Source: Eledone cirrhosa (Eukaryota). From it: 64,000 bases of DNA. How positions within the stretch are numbered: position 1 is the stretch's first letter; each line of letters begins with the position of its first letter. The stretch covers positions 43,772,001 through 43,836,000 of the forward strand of contig OZ024747.1 in the NCBI GenBank assembly GCA_964016885.1, read 5' to 3'. The translations under genes were made by a program, and so were the position numbers. Positions 46,463-57,911 of the stretch are shown piece by piece. The notes under the pieces were generated by a model. It searched no databases. It was not told the origin of the DNA and was given only the letters and a program-made list of their open reading frames with translations.

Positions 46463-47002
46463 AGATTTTGAGTTTATGTTGGTTGTATACCAACACCTCA
46501 GTATGCAGGCTGGAGCACTCGACGAAGTGCGCAGGTTGGTTTGGTTACTCCGGAGTAGTGTAAAATAAAGTTAAATAAAAGTCAAATGATTAAAATTTAG
46601 CTTCGTTTATTACTGCTATATATATTTCAGTGACAGCCATCTTTGGCTGTGACCTCTTCAGGCAGTTTGAATTAGTATGGTATAGACAAGTACATATGTT
46701 GTTTAGGTGTATGATATTGTCAATACTCTGATATGCCCAGTTCCTTGTTGGGTTGTTAATTCACTGGGGAACTGGAGTCATATGACTCCAGTTCCCCAGT
46801 GAATTAACAACCCAACAAGGAACTGGGCATATCAGAGTATTGACAATATCATACACCTAAACAACATATGTACTTGTCTATACCATACTAATTCAAACTG
46901 CCTGAAGAGGTCACAGCCAAAGATGGCTGTCACTGAAATATATATAGCAGTAATAAACGAAGCTAAATTTTAATCATTTGACTTTTATTTAACTTTATTT
47001 TA
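46463..47002. mobile_element. 442-bp palindrome plus tail (family D) with hammerhead ribozymes
   Basis: 46561-47002 is self-complementary about gagtcat|atgactc (46781/46782) with no spacer. Tail 46463-46560. (TA)n on both sides. Confidence 0.88.
46897..46951 (+). ncRNA. Minimal type I hammerhead ribozyme; mirror copy at 46612-46666 (-)
   Basis: actgc - CTGAAGA - g gtcacagcca aaga tggctgtcac t - GAAA - TATATA - TA - gcagt. Core boxes intact, 5-bp stem I, long stem II. Confidence 0.82.
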
Positions 47003-47050
47003 TAAATATATATATATATATAAATATATAAATATATATAAATATATATA

Positions 47051-47082
<32 letters not shown>

Positions 47083-47152
47083 AATATATATAAATATATA
47101 TATATAAATATAAATATATATAAATATATATAAATATATATAAATATATATA

Positions 47153-47226
<74 letters not shown>

Positions 47227-47229
47227 AAT

Positions 47230-47264
<35 letters not shown>

Positions 47265-47283
47265 AATATATATAAATAAATAA

Positions 47284-47335
<52 letters not shown>

Positions 47336-47339
<4 letters not shown>

Positions 47340-47754
47340 TATTATTATGTAATAAACAACATAAGGCAATTATTCCATTTACCAGTGGTTTCTTAAAAGC
47401 AAAAGGTTTTGCTTTCAATCCTCAGAATGAAAAATCCTGGTTTGTTTATTGAATATGGATTCTAAAAACAAAAATGCAATCTATATGAAAGTGAGGCTGG
47501 AAAAGGGAGAAGGAAAGGAAAAATAAAATAAAACTACACGTGCAAACACACACACAAAAAAACCCAAAAGCATACTTACACACACATACATATATACATA
47601 TATATAAAAATGTACGCATACATATATACATATACACATATATATATATATATAACACGTACACCTACACACATACACATATATACACACATACATTCAT
47701 ACATACACACACACACACATATATACACACACACACACATATATATACATGTAC

Positions 47755-47811
<57 letters not shown>

Positions 47812-48127
47812 CACACGTGTGTGTACAAGCATACACAAACATAGCCATACACACACATATATATACACATACATACATTCACACAAACATACAACGTACT
47901 TACATACACATACATGAATGCACTCTACATATTGACACACGCAAGAAATATATTAAACAAATTTTTTTCTCCCTTACTTCCCCTTATATATATTACCTTC
48001 TCTTATGCCCCCCCCCCCCATATATTCTTTTTGTTTTGCCCTTCACATACCTATGTGTATGTGTATGTATTTTTGTGTGTATATATATATGTGTATATAT
48101 ATATATGTATATATGTATGTATATATT

Positions 48128-48181
<54 letters not shown>

Positions 48182-48441
48182 CGTGTGTGTATGTGTGTAT
48201 ATAATTGTATATTTGTGTGTGTATATGTATGTATATGTGGATAAACCAGGCTTTTTTTCATTCTGAAGATTGAAGGAAACTTTTTTTGCTTTTAAGAAAC
48301 CTCTGGTGAATGGATTAATTGCCTTGTGTTGCTTTATTACTTTACTACTATATATACGTTTATGTAAGGTTCATTTGTCTTATCTAATACTGAGCTTTAC
48401 ACATACACACATGTATATGTGTGTGTGTATGTGTACGTGTA

Positions 48442-48482
<41 letters not shown>

Positions 48483-48613
48483 ATATATATCTGTATATGT
48501 GTGCGTGTGTATTTATTTATTTTTATGTGTGTGCGTGTGTATTTATTTATTTTTATGTGTGTGTGTGTGTGTGTGTGCGTGTGCGTGTGTATTTATTTTT
48601 ATGTGTGAGTGTG

Positions 48614-48668
<55 letters not shown>

Positions 48669-49795
48669 TTGGTTGTGCGTGCTTTTGATATATACGTATT
48701 TGCATGTGTATAATTGTTTAGCTATGTATGTATATGTGTGTTTACGTATTTATATGTGTGTGTGTGCGTTTATATTTTTATATTTTTGTGTATATATATA
48801 TATATACATATATGTGTGTGTATGTGTGTGTGTGTGTATATAATTACATATACATGTGTGTGTTTATATTATATACGTGTGCGTGGTTGTGTATGTATGT
48901 GTATGTACGTGTTTATGTATTTGTATATGTATATTTATGTGTGAGAGTGTGTGTATGTGTTTACTATTTCGTACGTATGTATTTGTGCTTTTGTGTGTAT
49001 TACTTACCACGCGTGCCTGTCCTGTTAGCTGGGGCATGTATCGCTGTCAAACATTTTTTAATATATATTTATATATTATTTTTTTCTTATATTTATTTGC
49101 GTGTGTCAATATGTAGAGGAGTGCATTCATGTATGTGTATGTAAGTACGTTGTATGTTTGTGTGAATGTATGTATGTGTATATATATGTGTGTGTGTATG
49201 GCTATGTTTGTGTATGTGTATGCTTGTACACACACATGTGTGTGTGTGTGTATGTGTGTATATATATATATATATGTACATGTATATATATGTGTGTGTG
49301 TATGTGTGTGTGTGTGTATATGTGTGTGTGTATGTGTGTGTATGTATGAATGTATGTATGTGTATATGTGTGTATATATGTGTATGTGTGTGTAGGTGTA
49401 CGTGTTATATATATATATATATATATGTGTATATGTATATATGTATGCGTACATTTTTATATATATGTATATATGTATGTGTGTGTAAGTATGCTTTTGG
49501 GTTTTTTTGTGTGCGTGTTTGCATGTGTAGTTTTATTTTATTTTTCCTTTCCTTCTCCCTTTTCCAGCCTCACTTTCATATAGATTGCATTTTTGTTTTT
49601 AGAATCCAAATTCAATAAACAAACCAGGATTTTTCATTCTGAGGATTGAAAGCAAAACCTTTAGCTTTTAAGAAACCACTGGTAAATGGAATAATTGCCT
49701 TATGTTGTTTATTACATAATAATAATAATTAAGCTCTGTTGCCTACATAGAACACTCTTTTTTCCTGGACTTTTCCGATGGCATTAATTCATTTA
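47336..49795. mobile_element. Large inverted-repeat element (family E) with three hammerhead-bearing units and a tail
   Basis: About 610-bp inverted arms 47336-47944 / 49097-49728, including the mirrored CA/TG microsatellite. Diverged internal unit 48236-48345. Tail 49729-49795. Confidence 0.82.
49635..49688 (+). ncRNA. Type I hammerhead ribozyme (family E); further copies at 47376-47429 (-), 48259-48312 (+, diverged) and 51096-51149 (+)
   Basis: catt - CTGAGGA - t tgaaagc..gctttta a - GAAA - CCACTGG - TA - aatg. Confidence 0.8.
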
Positions 49796-49828
49796 TATAT
49801 ATATATATATATATAAATAAATACATAT

Positions 49829-50500
49829 ATCATCATTTTACGTCCGCTTTTCCCTGCTTGCAAGGGTGGGACGGGTCTTATTCAGCACAGCATCTCTCCA
49901 CTCGTCACGGTCCCTCGTCATCTCCACCGTGAGCTTCAATGATCTGAGGTCTGTTCTCACCACCTTCGCCCATGTTTTTCGTGGTCTACCTCTACCACGT
50001 CTTCCTTCAACTGGCATTTCCTGGCACTTCTTCACCCATCGGTCATCCTCCATGCGCATCACATGTCCATACCACCTCAGTCTCCTCTCCCGTACACTAC
50101 ATTCTATCCCTCTCAGACACAGTTTCTCTCTCAACACATTTATGCTGGGTCGTTCACGCACATTTACACTGCACATCCAACGGAGCATGCTTGCCTCATT
50201 TCTCTCCAGCCGTCGCATATCCTCTGCGGTTGCTGCCCATGTCTCACTACCATGCAGCATCGCGCTCCTCACACAGGCATCATACAACCGGCCTTTCGTA
50301 CGCAGGGAGAGACCTTTCTTCGTCAACAGAGGAAGCAGCTCCCTAAACTTCTTCCAACCCGTCCTTATTCTAGATACTATGGCCTCGGAACACCCTCCTC
50401 CCATGCTAATCTGATCTCCTAGTTACCGGAAGCTATTCACCACTTCTATAGCGTCCTCTCGCATTTGAAAAATGTGTCTATCAGTGCGAATTCTGTCTAA
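49829..50500 (-). mobile_element. RTE-clade LINE 3' fragment, open to the natural stop
   Basis: ORF 49838-50404: [51 protein letters not shown]. (CAT)n tail. Near-identical to 35797-36273. Confidence 0.93.
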
Positions 50501-50629
50501 TTTATATATATATATATATATATAAATGTATATATAAATAAATACATAAATAAATACATAAATAAAAACATATATATATATATATATAAATATATATATA
50601 TAAGTATATATATATATATATATATAAAT

Positions 50630-50680
<51 letters not shown>

Positions 50681-50725
50681 TATATATAAATAAATATATA
50701 TATAAATAAATACATATATAAATAA

Positions 50726-50764
<39 letters not shown>

Positions 50765-50784
50765 CATATATATATATATATAAA

Positions 50785-50908
50785 TTATAAGCTTTCACCG
50801 TATTTTAGACTAAAGAAATTTCTAGCCTGATAGTGGGGTTTATAACCCTCGGAGAAATGGAAAAAGATGAGTGTACATGTACGGCAACACTCATCTTTTT
50901 CCATTTCT
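50785..50908. repeat. Small hairpin-plus-tail island
   Basis: 22-bp IR agaaatggaaaaagatgagtgt (50853-50874) / acactcatctttttccatttct (50887-50908). Unpaired 50785-50852. TA flanks. Confidence 0.65.
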
Positions 50909-50911
50909 TAT

Positions 50912-51181
50912 ATATAAATGAAGTAATTCCGTCGGAAAAGTCCAGGAACAAAGAGTGCTCTATGTAGGTAACAGAGCTTAATAGTTATGTAATAAATAAC
51001 ATAAGGCAATTATTCCATTTACCAGTGGTTTCTTTGGTATAGATTGCATGTTTGTTTTTTAAAATCCAAATTCAATAAACAGACCAGGATTTTTTCATTC
51101 TGAGGATTGAAGGCAAAATCTTTTGCTTTTAAGAAACCACTGGTAAATGGAATAATTGCCTTATGTTGTTTATTACATAAC

Positions 51182-51184
<3 letters not shown>
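50912..51184. mobile_element. Second family E element (short IR, hammerhead, tail)
   Basis: Arms 50981-51034 / 51131-51184. Tail 50912-50980 is the reverse complement of 49729-49795. Confidence 0.8.
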
Positions 51185-51219
<35 letters not shown>

Positions 51220-51577
51220 TACATATATACATATATATATATATATATGTATATATATAAATATATAAATATATATATAAATATAAATATATAAATATAT
51301 ATATAAATATAAATATATAAATATATATATAAATAAATAAATAGATAAATATATATATATAATACAATTAGTGAAAACAATGAAATTAAACTAAATACGG
51401 GTAATTCATAGTAAAACTCATTATTTTATTATCGTTTCTGGGGGGTAGTTCTCCGTATGTTCATTGTAGTGATCTATGTAAAACATATTACAAATTAACA
51501 AAGTAAGAAAATATACATATGTCTTCCCTACCCTCCCACTTCAGAATAAATATAAATATATAAATATATATAAATAA

Positions 51578-51623
<46 letters not shown>

Positions 51624-51636
51624 TAATATTATTTAT

Positions 51637-52200
51637 AGTTATATACACACTATATACAACTATAAACAGGAAAGGTCAGTAATTCCTTACTTCGTTATTA
51701 CCAGTAAGAAAAATAGCTCAATGTAAATACATCAGATGTTTTACAGAGCTGGAATATAAATTACACAATAATCAAAACTATGTTCAAAACATTTTATTGT
51801 TGACAATCGTTTCTTCGGAGCACTAGCAAAGTTTGAACATACAATTAACTTCCTATTCAACTGAACAATCATATAGATACATAGATATTAATGTTGTCAT
51901 CAACAGTTTCATATTTACAGAGTGGAATGGATGTGACAGAGATTACAAGAGAATTGTATAATAATTAAAGAGGCACAGAGTGGAATACATGTGGCAGAGA
52001 TTATAAGAGAATAGTATAATAATTAAAGAGGCATTAAGGTAGAAAGTGACTCGTAAAACGAGGACATTAGCAGTACATATGCAAGCGTATAGAGAGTGCA
52101 AATGCGTTAGGCATATACAGGACAGCTAGGTAGGAAACAAGAAATGGTACTAGGCATATATAATTACTGTATGGCACTCTCTATATGCTTAAAGAAGAAA
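51637..52200 (-). mobile_element. Diverged family B copy
   Basis: ttattaccagtaag..agctcaatgtaaa.acatcagatg.tttacagagc..gttcaaaacatt..gtttc/ttcggagca matches 33498-33645, with hammerhead stem II deleted. Confidence 0.6.
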
Positions 52201-52499
52201 AGGTCCGTGTCTCGCTCAAATAGGACTATCTGGCAGGTTTTCTACGGCTGGATGCCCTTCCTCACACCAACCACATTCACAGTGTGGAACTGGGAACTTT
52301 TTACCGTGTTACCTACACGGCCACATTACAGCATGGACTGTGTGTTTTTTTTCTTGTGACACCTACACAATCTCGATCTCATTATCTCATTTATTTGGAC
52401 TGGATGTTGTGGTACCAACTTTACAGAGAGAGGGTAATGTTGGTGGGAGTTGGAGGAAAGGGTAGGGGGTAGTGGATTGGGGTGTATATTTGGTTAAGA

Positions 52500-53757
52500 G
52501 GTGCCTACTGACTGTAGTTTCGTTTTGTACATAGGCAACGTGGGTCTTCTGTATTACTGCGTTGCTCCAAAGATCTCGGTCCAATGACATTGTCTTAGAG
52601 AGGTGCAAGTGTGTAAGGTCGGAATTTATCAGATCGTCCCAGTTTTTTCTGGGTCTACCTACTCCGTAGCTACCATAAATTTTGATCGCCCTGCACTTTT
52701 TTTATACAGCTGTTGTCTTTCATGCGCATCGCGTGGTCATACCAACATAGTCTTCTCTCAAGTAAACAGCATCTGATCCCTCTTATTCCTAATTTCTCAC
52801 TTAGTTCATTTATGCTTTGCCGTTCACGTATATTACTATTACACATCCAACGGAGCATGCATGCTTCGTTCCTTTCCAGTCTGCGCAGGTCCTCTGCACG
52901 TAATGCCCATGTCTCACTGCCATGTAACATTGCTGTTCGTATACAAGCATCATACAATCTGCCTTTCATTTTTAGAGAGAAACCTTTTGTGGCCAACAGC
53001 GGTAAAGCTCTCTGAACTTTTTCCATCCCGTTCTGACTCTGGCTACTGAACTCTCAGAACACCCTCCCCCACTTCTGATTTCGTCACCCAGGTAACGGAA
53101 AGTGTCTATTTCTATAGAACCATCTGGGCAATAGAGGGAGTTAGTATCCTGTGGACACTTGCTACCTATTGCACCTGAGCATCGGCCACATATAAAGTTT
53201 ATATTCTTAGATAGTTTACCTGTGATCCCTCTACATCTTTTATGTACCCATACTTTGAATTGGGACATAAAATTGAATTTATGCCTACTCCTTTCCTACA
53301 CACTGAGTATGGCCATTTCCCTGATGGTAACTGTGCCTTATTTTCCTTTCTACAAACTAGAACTTTAGTCTTAGACAAATTAACTTTAAGGCCTTTTGAT
53401 TCTAGGCCATGCTTCCATGTTTGGAATTTCTTCAGCCATTGATTCAGCTATGAGCGTTAGATCAACTGCGTATAGGAGTTCCCATGGGCAGCCGGTCTTG
53501 AACTCCTCTGTTATAGCCTGAAGGGCAATAATAAATAGGAGGGGCTAAGGACAGAGCCTTGGTGAACACCAACTTTTACACTAAATTCTTCACAATATTC
53601 ATTGTTAATTCTAACCTTACTGACTGTCTCATTATACATAGCTTGTATAGCTCTCTCAAGCCATTCATCTACACCTAGTTTTCTGAGAGCCCACCAGATA
53701 ATGGAGCAGGGGACTGTCACAGGCTTTCTACAGGTCTACAAAAGCTAAGTAGAGGTT
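52500..53757 (-). mobile_element. RTE-clade LINE fragment (RT to 3' end), degenerate
   Basis: IIWWALRKLGVDEWL..KVGVHQGSVLSP; WVHKRCRGI..FICGRCSG; FRYLGD; GRLYDACIRTAMLHGSETW; multiple frameshifts. Confidence 0.92.
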
Positions 53758-54047
53758 GTGAGTTCAATTCTCAGACCAGGTGATGTGTTGTTTCCTTGAG
53801 CAAGACACTTTATTTCACATTGCTCCAGTTTACTCAGCTGTAGAAATGAGATGATAGGGACTGGGGTCCATATCATTCCACTGCAAAGTGGTCGTGGAGG
53901 TGCCACGGCAAAAAAGCACCCAGCACTCACTGTAAATGAGGTTGGTGTTAGGAAGGGCATCCAGCTGTAGAAATCAAGCCAAAATCAGTTCCCGTCCCAC
54001 CCTTGCAAGCAGGGAAAAGTGGACGTAAAATGAAATGATGATGATGA
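53755..54047 (+). mobile_element. Family 3 SINE, 5'-truncated
   Basis: Near-identical to 30812-31090 and to the reverse complement of 25262-25600. Confidence 0.85.
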
Positions 54048-54048
54048 A

Positions 54049-54089
<41 letters not shown>

Positions 54090-54095
54090 TATGTG

Positions 54096-54231
54096 ACTTG
54101 TATGACTTCGACATAACATTTTAAAGAATTTATGCTTTTGTTAGTGTATATATGTCTATAATTATATATATATATAAATATATACACATACAAAAAGCAT
54201 AAATTCTTTAAAATGTCTAAGTCATACAAGT
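54096..54231. repeat. Imperfect palindrome around a TA core (MITE-like)
   Basis: acttgtatgactt..acattttaaagaatttatgctttt / aaaagcataaattctttaaaatgt..aagtcatacaagt. Confidence 0.7.
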
Positions 54232-54944
54232 TTAGTTACCATCTGACAAATCATTAGCAAGTTAGTGAAAGTATTTTATATATAATTACATTTAAAAAAA
54301 CAAACTTGCTTTTTATATTATTTCCAATGTTAAAAGTATTTTACCAGTATTTTCCAATGTTAAAAGTATTTTACCAGTTCATGTAGAAATGTAAAAATAA
54401 ATTTTGTGATGATAACCTGATTAACAATTAATGCTATGTTAGCAGAACAATTTTAATTTCTAAAGAATTCTTACAGTAAGCAGATCACATGTTTATATTT
54501 TCACCACAGAGAAGTGCTTAAAGAAACAGAATGACTTGAAAAAGAAAATGTTCAGAAGGAGCGAAAAAAATAAGCAAGTAAAAAAAAACCCCCCAAAACA
54601 ACAAGAAACAGATTCTTTCAATGTAGATCTGAAGAATAAAGACAAGGATAAATTCAGACCACTGAATGATACAGAAGAAGAGAGGAAAACTGCTAGAATC
54701 AGAGCCTTAAATTGAAAAAGTATTTTAACAGAGAAGTATTTTAAAATGGTGACAGACAGGTAGATGATGAAATAAATGAGTTATGGAAACTGATTTTAGA
54801 GAAATGATGAGCTAGAACAGCAGGAGAAAGCTGAAGTTGTTTAACATGCACACACAAAAGAGTAAATATCAAAATATGGTGTAAATGATGGTGATGATGT
54901 CAATGATGATGCTAGTGGTCATCGTAAAACTTATTACTACTATA

Positions 54945-55980
54945 GCAGAGGATTGGCAGTATCTTTAGAGTGTCAGACATCATGCTTTGCAACACAGTTA
55001 CGGCCCTTTACGTTCTGAGTGCAAATCCTGCTGAGGTTAACTTGGCCTTTCATCTTTCGATAAAATAAAGTACGAGTAATACACTAGAGTTTAATTGACT
55101 TTCTCCTCTCCCCAAATTGTTGGCCTAGTGTCTAGGCAGTATCCATAACGTGCTGGACACCATGCTTTGTAGCATAGAGTTACAGCTCTTTATGATCTGA
55201 GTTCAAATCCTGCCATGGTTAACTTTGCCTTTCATCCTTACGGGGTCGATAAAATAAAGTACCAGTCACGTACTGGGGTCGATTTAATCGACTTTCCCCT
55301 CCCCCAAAATTGCTGGCCTTGTGCCTATATAAGAAACCATTATTACTACGGAGCAGTAGATTAGCAGAATTGGTAGAGCGTCAGACAATATTCTTTGTGG
55401 CATAGAGTTACGGACCTTTACGTTCCTAGTTTAAATCCTGCCGAGGTTAACTTTGCCTTTTATCCTACAGGCGTCGATAAAATAAAGCACCAGCAATGTA
55501 CTGGGATCGATTTAATTGACTTTCACTCCCTCCAAATTACTGGCCTTGTGCCTATACTAGAAATCATTATTTCTACTATTAGGTGGATTGGCAGTATCGG
55601 TAGAGGGTCGGACGCCATGCTTTGACGCATTGAGTTACGGCCCTTGCCATTCTGAGTTCAAATACCGCCGAGGTTAACTTTGCCTTTCATCCTTACGGTG
55701 TCGATAAAATAAAGTACCAGTAATACACTGGGTAATTGCTGGCCTTGTGCCAAAAGTAGAAACAATTATTATTTCTACTATTAGGGCGGTGGATTGGCAG
55801 CATCGGTAGAGGGTCGAATGCCATGCTTTGCAGCATAGAGTTACGGCCCTTTACGGTTTGGGTTCAAATCCCGCCGAGGTTAACTTTGCAGGGTCGATAA
55901 AATAAAGTACCAATAATGTACTGGGTAATTGCTGGTCTTGTGCCAAAAATAGAAACAATTGTTTCTACTATTATTACTAC
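54945..55980 (+). mobile_element. Head-to-tail array of five family 1 SINEs
   Basis: Units start near 54945, 55135, 55350, 55581 and 55785, each with (g)attggcag..gagttcaaatcc..gaggttaactttgc..gataaaataaagtacc..ggccttgtg and an attattactac-type tail. Confidence 0.88.
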
Positions 55981-55994
55981 TAGTTATAATTCCC

Positions 55995-57002
55995 TCTTAA
56001 TGTTTCTAGATGATCAGGTGTGTCTTTCTGAAGTTTGTCCTTTTGACTGAGCTACAATCCTCTGTCAAATGAACACTGAGACAGGGTGTCTGGCATCTGG
56101 GATGTTGTCAGGCACACACAGCCCTCTATTAATTGCGCAATGAAGTCAGAGGAAATTCCATGTTAGTGTTCTATAGAGAAGTAGTGGTGGGCAACTGTAA
56201 CATTCTCAGGGAAACTAAACATTGACTAGGGTGAACTATTTTCTTTCAATGGGCTTTGGACTCTTGGCCTGTGAACTATGGACAATTTACAGAAACCCCA
56301 GGCTAGGCAGTGATACTGGGAGATGGGGCACTGCTGATTTGGGACAAATTCTACAGGCCTGTCCAATATGCATGCAGTGAGGAAACCCATCTGTACGCAC
56401 TTGTCTTGTATCTGAGCATAGCTAACTTATGAAGTCTTGTGGGACAGCTGTTGTCATGTGTAGGATGGATTCAATTATTTGCCAACCGTTGTGAAGATTG
56501 TCCCACCACCTTCTTTTAGCTGGAAAGAGCAAGCAGTTTTCCTCTATCTGGTGGCTATGGCAAAACAGCTTGTATGGTGGATGAGGTTGAAAGGACTGAT
56601 GACAGACACATTCTTGTTTGCCCTCATCAACCTTTTTGTTTGGAAAGGAAGGTGGGGTTGGAGAAGGAAGTGCTACCCACCCTATATTTGTTAAAAGATA
56701 GGTGAATGTAGTGGGAATGGCCCAAGTAGATAGGCCTACCCTAAGTACCTGTAGGTTGAAAAGAATAGAGAAGAGAGGAGCAGTTGCCTATGGCGTCCTT
56801 GGTAAATGGGGTGGTCATGGATCTGTGGGATTCCTTAATTACCTCCGAGTGCTGCTACTCCCTATTGGAGGAACTCTATTGTTCATTTACTGTTTCTTTT
56901 GTTATCTGTTATTTACTTATTTTATGTAACCCCCCTCCCCCTGGTTATTGTTAGTTTTATTGTCTTTAATGTTTTCAGGCTCCAGTGGCTAATAAAGAAA
57001 TT
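55995..57002 (+). mobile_element. Degenerate Tx1/L1-like LINE 3' end
   Basis: Higher GC than the flanks. EETHLYAL resembles the C-terminal CCHC-knuckle region, and FLYLVAMAKQLVWWMR resembles the terminal AKxxxWxxR block. T-rich 3'UTR ending aataaagaaa. Confidence 0.5.
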
Positions 57003-57911
57003 ATAATGCTCTCTTCAACACCCTGGTATTATTATTAATTACTATTAGAAGTAGCAGTAGTTATGTCATCATCCTCATCAATAGAACAAGAGTAATCTTA
57101 AACAGCAGGTGTGAGTTGCATGAACCCCATTAGCTGTTGTGACTGTATCAGTCTACATGTTACCAATCCACCTATCCAATTTCCACACAGTACAGCACAT
57201 CACTATACCAATTTATTTTTCTTCTTTTGAAACGGGGATCTTAACCTCAAAATATCACAAAATATAATGTAAAATTGTTTTGTTCGTTTTTCTAACTCTA
57301 GTTTTCCCTCTTGTATTTCTAACTTGCATTGTAACAAACAACCCCATATTTCACAACTATATTATTATTAGTATTATTATTGCATGCTAACATTGCATTG
57401 TCGTGCATATTATTATTATGTATGGTTTGCACTGTGAATATAACAACTGGATCTTCTACTGCTTGTCACATCTCAACAAAGGACCTAAGGCAGACACTAT
57501 TATTATTAAATCCAAGAGTATAAATATATATAAAATAAAAGAAAAGAAAAATGGCATGAAGACATTCCTTTATCATAATTTTCTTAATTACTGTTAATGC
57601 TAATCTATGATGAATAAAAGCAACCCAACATTTTTACAACGAGTTTCTTACTTAATTAAAATAATGATTCAATAAATTTTTCTTTAGCAGATTTTTCTCT
57701 AACAACCCTTAAGATGCAAACAGCATCTTGTCAATTTTTATCACATTAACATTTTATTTTATTTTATTAGACATATTTCCAATGAGGTTTCACTGCCTTA
57801 CCTTGTTTCCAATTAATTCTTACCAAACAAAATCTTCCTTGTGTTTGTGGATACAGTCTAAAGTAGAAATATAGTTACCTGAGAGAATAGGGGGCTTCTG
57901 TGATCATATAG

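Noticed and set aside
49866-50422. Plus-strand ORFs overlapping the RTE fragment; likewise antisense ORFs at 40795-42133 and 52713-53442
   Set aside because: Antisense shadows of LINE coding sequence with no independent motif.
51918-52035. Short local direct duplications (also 25168-25222, 54320-54378, 31905-31990 and 60920-60970)
   Set aside because: Two-copy slippage-type duplications with no further structure.
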